Below are positions 57,875 through 64,000 of a stretch of 64,000 nucleotides of DNA, piece after piece. The DNA is from Patescibacteria group bacterium (lineage in GTDB: Bacteria > Patescibacteriota > Dojkabacteria > GCA-002793355). Location: assembly GCA_016860985.1 (NCBI GenBank), contig BOKM01000001.1:2310-66309 (forward strand), written 5' to 3'. A program made the translations under genes and the position numbers. Below the pieces are notes generated by a model. That model saw only the letters and a list, made by a program, of their open reading frames with translations, was not told where the DNA came from and ran no database searches. The stretch's first letter is position 1, and every line of letters begins with the position of its first letter.

Positions 57875-59312
57875 GATTTTTGAATATACGCCACAACTAC
57901 GGGATAAGATTGTAGAAAACCAGCCTCTCAGAAGAGCTCTTGCGAAAGAAAGCCACTTCTGGTTCTTTCATATCTACTTTCCTGATTATATTCATTTTTC
58001 ACCTGCGCTATTCCACAGAGAGCTCTTCTCCATAACAGAGGATAGCAGCATACAATTGGCTTCAATCGTTGCATTTCGAGGTAGTGCAAAATCAACAATA
58101 ATTACCATGTCTTCAGTAATCTGGTCTGTGATCGGCAAACTGCAGAAGAAATTCATCGTTATCATGTCGTTAACGCAAAGTCAGGCAAAACAACACTTAC
58201 GTAACGTTAAGATTGAATTTGAGTCGAATTTACTCCTTAGAAAAGACTTTGGTGAGATACAAGAAATTACTGATGAATGGGGATCGTTTTCACTATTCCT
58301 TCCAAAGTATAACGCTAAAATAATTGCCGTATCTACCGAACAAAGTATTCGAGGTATTCGTCATATGTCGTACCGCCCCGATTACATAATCGGTGACGAT
58401 ATTGAAGACCAGAACGCCGTAAAGACAAGAGACTCAAGAGATAACACCTACAACTGGTTCAAAGGTGAAATAATCTCATTAGGTGACGAGAATACCAAGA
58501 TTATCCTTATTGGGAACCTCCTACACGAAGACTCGCTTCTTATGCGAATAAAGAAAGAGATTCAGGAAGGTGCATTGTCAGGAATTGTTAGAGAATACCC
58601 TTTTATGGATGAACATGGAGTTCCTCTATGGAAAAGCAGATATCCCGATGAAGAATCAATTCAGAAAGTCAAAAGTAAGTTGGGTGATGAAAAGACTTGG
58701 CAACGTGAATTCATGTTAAAAATCATTCCCGATGCAGATCAGATTATAAAGAAGGAATGGATTCACTATTGGGATACTTTACCCTTAGACCGGAAAGACT
58801 TTCGATATTCAGTATTGTCAGTTGATCCAGCCATATCGGAACAAGGAGACTACACAGCAATGGTAATAATGCACGTTTTTGGACGCAGAGGTAGTCTAAA
58901 GATATACGTTGACGCACAGATTGTTAACAAACGCCTAAATTTTCCAGACTCAATAAATCAAATCAAGAATTTTGCAGTAAACAATAAGCTGAAGAAATAC
59001 CGACTAAGAATATGTGTTGAAAGCGTCGCATTTCAGAAATCAATAGTGCAAATTCTTGAGAAAGATAATTTCAAGGCTAATGCAATTTCAGTTGCTGGGA
59101 TGAGTAAGCGTGAACGACTGGCATCCGTGTCAATGCTCTTTTCGCAAGGTAAAATCTTCTTCCCAAACAAAGGTGCAGAACAGCTTATTCAACAAATACT
59201 CTACCTTGGAGTCGAAAAACACGATGACCTCTGTGATGCAATGACTTTAGGGCTAAATTACATACTGAGTCAAGATACAAATGAAGAAGACTTGTTGTTA
59301 AGTTGGGTGTAG
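57861..59312 (+). CDS. phage terminase large subunit-like protein
   Basis: N-terminal ATPase (deviant Walker A AFRGSAKST; Walker B YIIGDDIED) and a C-terminal RNase-H-like nuclease region (VLSVDPAISEQGDYTAMVIMHVF). 483 aa. Overlaps the small-subunit gene. Confidence 0.55.
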   Translation: MENSEIFEYTPQLRDKIVENQPLRRALAKESHFWFFHIYFPDYIHFSPALFHRELFSITEDSSIQLASIVAFRGSAKSTIITMSSVIWSVIGKLQKKFIVIMSLTQSQAKQHLRNVKIEFESNLLLRKDFGEIQEITDEWGSFSLFLPKYNAKIIAVSTEQSIRGIRHMSYRPDYIIGDDIEDQNAVKTRDSRDNTYNWFKGEIISLGDENTKIILIGNLLHEDSLLMRIKKEIQEGALSGIVREYPFMDEHGVPLWKSRYPDEESIQKVKSKLGDEKTWQREFMLKIIPDADQIIKKEWIHYWDTLPLDRKDFRYSVLSVDPAISEQGDYTAMVIMHVFGRRGSLKIYVDAQIVNKRLNFPDSINQIKNFAVNNKLKKYRLRICVESVAFQKSIVQILEKDNFKANAISVAGMSKRERLASVSMLFSQGKIFFPNKGAEQLIQQILYLGVEKHDDLCDAMTLGLNYILSQDTNEEDLLLSWV

Positions 59313-59376
59313 ATAAAAAGTGGACTTGTTGCAGGAAAACGAATAAAATATCATATTAAAAGGACATGCTATTTGT

Positions 59377-62300
59377 ATGAATTTCGATCAAATACTCAAC
59401 AAGCACCGCGAGCTCGCATTTTCCGAAAGAAATAAAGGTGATCGTTTCGAAAGATTAATACAACTCTATCTTCGTACCGATCCAACTTATGCTACAAAGT
59501 TTACAAAAATTTGGTTATGGAACGAGTTCCCATTCAGAGGAGATTTTGGAGGGAAAGATACTGGCATTGACTTGGTTGCGTTGACTACTGAAGGAACGTA
59601 TTGGGCGATTCAATGTAAATGCTATCAAGAAGATTCGCTAATTGATAAAGCTGAAGTTGATACCTTTCTTTCGACATCAGGGAAAAGTTTTGTTGACGGA
59701 ACAGGTGAACGTGTGAGTTTTATACAAAGACTTTGGATCTCTACTACGAACAATTGGTCTTCAAATGCTACTGAATCACTTCACAATCAGCAACCTCCAG
59801 TTAATAGGCTTAACCTCTCAGATTTACAGTCATCACCAGTTGATTGGGGAAAAATAGATGACGGGGTATTTGGTGACGATGCAAGAAGTTCAAAGAAGGA
59901 TCTTAGACCTCATCAAAGCGAGGCATTAACTAAGACTTTGGAGTATTTTAAAACGAACGATCGAGGTAAGCTAATAATGGCATGTGGAACTGGAAAAACG
60001 TTCACCTCGTTAAGAATTGCCGAAGGAGTCGTTGGTAACAATGGTATTGTATTGTTCTTGGTTCCATCAATTGCACTTCTCGGTCAGACGTTACGTGAGT
60101 GGTCAGCGGATGCTCTCGAGGAAATTAACCCTATTTGTATTTGTTCGGATGCTGAAGTATCAAGAAAAAAAGTATTAAATGATGACACAGACACCTATAG
60201 CGTTATTGACCTAGCACTTCCAGCCTCAACAAGTGTCACCCAAATATTGAAGCAGTTTGAATCGATAGAAACTTCAAATAAAAAGGGACTGACAGTAGTT
60301 TTTTCAACGTACCAATCTATTGATGTAATTGCTAAAACGCAGAAACGACTCGAAAGTATCGGCAGTAAATTTAAAAATTTTGACCTTATAATTTGTGATG
60401 AAGCACATCGTACCACCGGTGTTACCCTTTCTGGAGCAGAAGATGCAGCTTTTGTTAAGGTTCATAAGAATGAAATTATACAGGCGAGTAAAAGACTGTA
60501 TATGACGGCAACTCCTCGACTTTATGGAGAAGAGTCTAAGAGTAAGGCAGCTCAAGCAGACGCGGTCCTATGTTCAATGGATGATGTAAAACTATATGGA
60601 GAGGAAATCTATAGAATTGGTTTTGGAGAAGCTGTAGAAAAAGATCTTCTAACTGACTATAAAGTTCTAATACTTACACTGTCAGAAAGTGATGTTACGC
60701 CAGAAGTTCAAAAGTTATTTAAAGGGGAATCTGACGAAGTTAATACTGATGATTTATCAAAACTTATTGGTTGTATTAACGCAATGTCAAAACAGATTGT
60801 TGGTGATAAAAACCTGCTTGATGCCAATGATCCAGAGCCTATGAGAAGAGCTGTTGCATTCTGTTCAAGTATTAAAGTGTCAAAACAAATAACAGATACC
60901 TTCAATACAATTAGCGGTACTTACAAAGCTTCAGTCAATGAATTAAAGCAAAGAACTATGGTCAACCTAAAATCAGACCACATTGACGGGACAATGAGTG
61001 CTACAGATAGAGATAGACTAATGTCTTGGTTAAAAGAAGATCCTAAAGACCCCCTCGAATCTAGAATTTTAACGAATGTTAGGTGCTTGAGTGAAGGAGT
61101 CGATGTGCCATCACTTGATTCAGTTATGTTCCTTTCAGCAAAAAACTCGCAGATTGATGTCGTTCAATCGGTTGGTCGAGTTATGCGACGAAGCCCTGGG
61201 AAGAAATACGGTTATATTGTCATTCCTATTGTTATTCCTTCAGACATAAAGCCAGAAGATGCATTGAATGATAACGCAAGATACAAAGTTGTTTGGACTG
61301 TATTAAACGCACTTCGAGCCCATGATGACCGGTTTAACGCTACAGTCAACAAAATAGAACTAAACAAAAGTAGACCTGCCCATATTTTGGTAGGAAGAGT
61401 TGACCCAGATGGAGACAGCAACGAACAAAACGACGATGTTGATGCAAAGAAAAAAAGGAAGGAAGCATCAGAACAAATTACCATGCATTTTGAAAAACTT
61501 TCGACTGTTATTTATGCAAAACTCGTAGAAAAAGTTGGAGACAGACATTATTGGGAAACATGGGCAAAGGGCGTTGCGGAGATTGCTGAAAAACAAATCA
61601 AACGTATTCATAAAATTGTCTCACAAGGTGGTTCACATCGTGAACAATTCAACGACTTTTTACGAGGTCTTCAGAAAAATATTAACCCTTCAATTACGGA
61701 AGAACAAGCTATTGAGATGCTCTCACAGCATATAATTACTAAACCAATCTTTGATGCACTTTTTGAAAAATACTCTTTCGTAAAAAACAATGCAGTTTCT
61801 GTGTCTATGCAAGAAGTACTTGATGTAATTGAAGCAAGCGCGCTTGAAAAAGAAGATGAACAATTACTCGCTGAATTCTATGCTTCGGTTAAACGAAGAG
61901 TTGAAGGAATTGATAATGCTGAAGGAAAGCAACGCATAATTGTTGAACTTTACGACAAGTTCTTTAAGGTGGCATTCCCAAAAATGGTCGAACGACTGGG
62001 AATTGTATACACTCCAGTTGAAGTCGTTGATTTCATTATCCATTCGGTAAACGATGTATTAAAGAAGGAATTCGGGAAAACGTTATCAGACGAAAACGTA
62101 AACATATTAGACCCATTTACAGGAACAGGCACTTTCATTACGAGATTGTTACAAAGTGGTCTTATTAGTCGAGAGGATTTACCTCGCAAGTATAAACAAG
62201 AGATATTTGCTAATGAAATTGTACTTTTAGCTTATTATATTGCAGCAGTAAACATCGAAAATACATATCACGATATTGTTGGAAGTGAATCATATGAAAG

Positions 62301-64000
62301 CTTTGATGGAATTGCGCTTACCGATACGTTCCAAATTAACGAGAACGATGATCCAAGACTAATATCAAATTCACTTGCAGAAAACTCCGAGCGTGTGAAG
62401 AAGCAAAAAGAAGTTCCAATTCAGGTCATTGTCGGTAATCCGCCATATTCAATCGGGCAAAAGTCTGCAAATGATGATGCTCAAAATCAGAAATATCCAA
62501 AGTTGGATGAACGAATATCTTGTACTTACGCAAAGCAATCTTCAGCAGGTCTCAGTAAATCTCTTTATGATGCTTATATAAAAGCCTTTAGATGGAGTAC
62601 AGATAGATTAGACTCAAAATCGGGTGGAGTAATTGCATTTATTTCAAACTCAGGTTGGTTGAATGGGAACGGATTGGATGGTTTTAGAATTGCAATTGAA
62701 AAAGAATTTAGTTCTATCTATGTAGTTGATTTGCGAGGTGCAATTAGAGGGCGATCTGGAGATATTGCACGCAAAGAAGGCAAGGGGGTATTCGATATCA
62801 TGACGGGGGTAGCTATAACAATTCTAATTAAAAGAACTCCCCCAGATAATAAAATGACTGAAATTCGTTATTTTGATATTGGAGATTACCTAAATAAAAA
62901 CGAAAAACTCGAAAAACTAATTGGTCTTAAGTCATTATTTAATGATCAAATTAATTGGACTTTATTAAAACCGAATAAAAGCGGAGATTGGCTAGACCAA
63001 AGAAGTGAGAAATATTCAGATTTATTTTCTTTAGCACCCGAAAAGAAGCAAAACCCGCTATCCGAATCAGTATTTATCACGTATTCGCTTGGTACAGCTA
63101 CAAATCGGGATAACTGGGTTTATAATTTTTCAAAAGCTAAGCTCGCAGGCAATGTTAAATTGACAATTGGACATTACAATCACGAAAGACTCAGAATTCT
63201 GAGAGAGAAAGCAATAAACCCAGTAAGAGATTCCAAAAAAGGTAATTGGTCGAGAGACTGGTTGAATCTATTGAAACGAAACAAGGAAATAACCATTAAT
63301 AGTAAGGAATTCCGTTTCTCGATTCATCGTCCATTTACGAAGATTAATAGTTATTTTGATGACGATTTGAATCAAGAGAGATACCAATTACCAAAGCTTT
63401 TTCCTAATGCAGATAATGAAAATATTGCAATAATAATTCCAGGAATCGGAGAAAGAAGAGGTTTTGCTAGTTTAATGATAAAGGATATACCTGATCTCAA
63501 CAATTTTGATGGTGGAACACAATGTTTCCCACTGTACTACTATGAGAAGCATGAAAGTTTACAGCAAGGAATGTTTACAGAGGAAAATAGCGGTTACAAA
63601 AGACATGAAGGAATTACTGATTTCATACTTGAACACGCACAAAGACAGTATTCTGCCAAAAACATTAGTAAAGAAGATATTTTCTACTATGTATACGGTA
63701 TACTTCACAGCACCGACTACAGAACCACATTTGCTAATGATCTCAAGAAAATGCTTCCAAAAATCCTATTAGTCGCTGATGTTCGGGACTTCTGGGCATT
63801 CAGCAAAGCAGGAAGAAAATTAGGTGAACTTCACGTTAATTATGAAAAAGTGCCACCTTACGAAGGATTGAAGGTAAGTGGAACACAACATGCAAAATAC
63901 GGAATTACAAAGATAAAGTTTCTTGCTAAGGATAGAAAAGACACAATTATCTACAATGATTACATTAAAATTGAAAACATACCTGCGAAAGTATATGAAT
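59377..64000 (+). CDS. Type ISP-like restriction-modification enzyme (Mrr-like nuclease + SF2 helicase-like ATPase + gamma N6-adenine methyltransferase), 3' partial at the window edge
   Basis: N-terminal GIDLVAL...YWAIQCKCY (PD-(D/E)XK), helicase motifs MACGTGKTFTS (I), LIICDEAHRTTG (II, DEAH), YMTATPRLY (III). Downstream methyltransferase motif I LDPFTGTGTF (about 62130) and VGNPPYSIG (about 62440). No long minus-strand ORFs in the track and the frame stays open to nt 64000. Confidence 0.7.
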   Translation, partial: MNFDQILNKHRELAFSERNKGDRFERLIQLYLRTDPTYATKFTKIWLWNEFPFRGDFGGKDTGIDLVALTTEGTYWAIQCKCYQEDSLIDKAEVDTFLSTSGKSFVDGTGERVSFIQRLWISTTNNWSSNATESLHNQQPPVNRLNLSDLQSSPVDWGKIDDGVFGDDARSSKKDLRPHQSEALTKTLEYFKTNDRGKLIMACGTGKTFTSLRIAEGVVGNNGIVLFLVPSIALLGQTLREWSADALEEINPICICSDAEVSRKKVLNDDTDTYSVIDLALPASTSVTQILKQFESIETSNKKGLTVVFSTYQSIDVIAKTQKRLESIGSKFKNFDLIICDEAHRTTGVTLSGAEDAAFVKVHKNEIIQASKRLYMTATPRLYGEESKSKAAQADAVLCSMDDVKLYGEEIYRIGFGEAVEKDLLTDYKVLILTLSESDVTPEVQKLFKGESDEVNTDDLSKLIGCINAMSKQIVGDKNLLDANDPEPMRRAVAFCSSIKVSKQITDTFNTISGTYKASVNELKQRTMVNLKSDHIDGTMSATDRDRLMSWLKEDPKDPLESRILTNVRCLSEGVDVPSLDSVMFLSAKNSQIDVVQSVGRVMRRSPGKKYGYIVIPIVIPSDIKPEDALNDNARYKVVWTVLNALRAHDDRFNATVNKIELNKSRPAHILVGRVDPDGDSNEQNDDVDAKKKRKEASEQITMHFEKLSTVIYAKLVEKVGDRHYWETWAKGVAEIAEKQIKRIHKIVSQGGSHREQFNDFLRGLQKNINPSITEEQAIEMLSQHIITKPIFDALFEKYSFVKNNAVSVSMQEVLDVIEASALEKEDEQLLAEFYASVKRRVEGIDNAEGKQRIIVELYDKFFKVAFPKMVERLGIVYTPVEVVDFIIHSVNDVLKKEFGKTLSDENVNILDPFTGTGTFITRLLQSGLISREDLPRKYKQEIFANEIVLLAYYIAAVNIENTYHDIVGSESYESFDGIALTDTFQINENDDPRLISNSLAENSERVKKQKEVPIQVIVGNPPYSIGQKSANDDAQNQKYPKLDERISCTYAKQSSAGLSKSLYDAYIKAFRWSTDRLDSKSGGVIAFISNSGWLNGNGLDGFRIAIEKEFSSIYVVDLRGAIRGRSGDIARKEGKGVFDIMTGVAITILIKRTPPDNKMTEIRYFDIGDYLNKNEKLEKLIGLKSLFNDQINWTLLKPNKSGDWLDQRSEKYSDLFSLAPEKKQNPLSESVFITYSLGTATNRDNWVYNFSKAKLAGNVKLTIGHYNHERLRILREKAINPVRDSKKGNWSRDWLNLLKRNKEITINSKEFRFSIHRPFTKINSYFDDDLNQERYQLPKLFPNADNENIAIIIPGIGERRGFASLMIKDIPDLNNFDGGTQCFPLYYYEKHESLQQGMFTEENSGYKRHEGITDFILEHAQRQYSAKNISKEDIFYYVYGILHSTDYRTTFANDLKKMLPKILLVADVRDFWAFSKAGRKLGELHVNYEKVPPYEGLKVSGTQHAKYGITKIKFLAKDRKDTIIYNDYIKIENIPAKVYE

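Overview
This 64-kb window comes from an AT-rich bacterial genome (about 35% GC, no introns, tightly packed operons). The first 18.4 kb look like ordinary chromosome. It carries an FtsX-type ABC permease (5' partial), a patatin-like phospholipase, an SDR oxidoreductase, RecX, an EamA transporter, two GNAT acetyltransferases and a divergent adenosylhomocysteinase-like gene, along with many small membrane or hypothetical proteins. At about 18.49 kb the character changes abruptly, and the rest of the window (18.5 to 64 kb) is a mosaic of mobile-element and defence-type genes. There is a three-gene GATC-type (DpnII-like) restriction-modification system and a DUF4145 protein. Two near-identical large serine recombinase paralogs are present, and the 5' stump of a third copy with the same leader sequence. 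Two diverged copies of a module made of a ParB-nuclease-domain DNA methyltransferase plus a terminase small-subunit-like gene are present; the second copy also carries a terminase large subunit. There are three single-polypeptide restriction-modification or helicase giants: a Type IIG (MmeI-like) enzyme, a Type ISP-like enzyme running off the 3' end of the window, and a 1472-aa zinc-ribbon SF1 helicase with a DUF559 nuclease domain. An OLD-family ATPase/nuclease, a KAP-like P-loop NTPase, a dual-specificity phosphatase plus DUF2779 pair, and a 5-kb block of tightly packed unknown zinc-ribbon and PD-(D/E)XK-like genes complete the island. A compact four-gene operon encodes an AsnRS/AsnA-like class II ligase core, a SAM methyltransferase, an APH-like kinase and an MccF/LdcA-type S66 peptidase. 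This looks like a small-molecule (aminoacyl-nucleotide-like) biosynthesis-plus-immunity cassette. Outside the annotated genes, a conserved noncoding element occurs three times in direct orientation (18.49, 24.6 and 47.4 kb). The last two copies extend to about 215 nt. These copies delimit blocks that each carry a recombinase, and the third copy is split by a 54-aa glycine-zipper micro-ORF. Other sequence-level observations are iteron-like repeats and promoters ahead of both ParB-methyltransferase genes, a T7-homopolymer frameshift that breaks an alpha/beta hydrolase, and a GC-rich (about 52%) islet encoding a lipoprotein. No rRNA, tRNA or CRISPR arrays were found.
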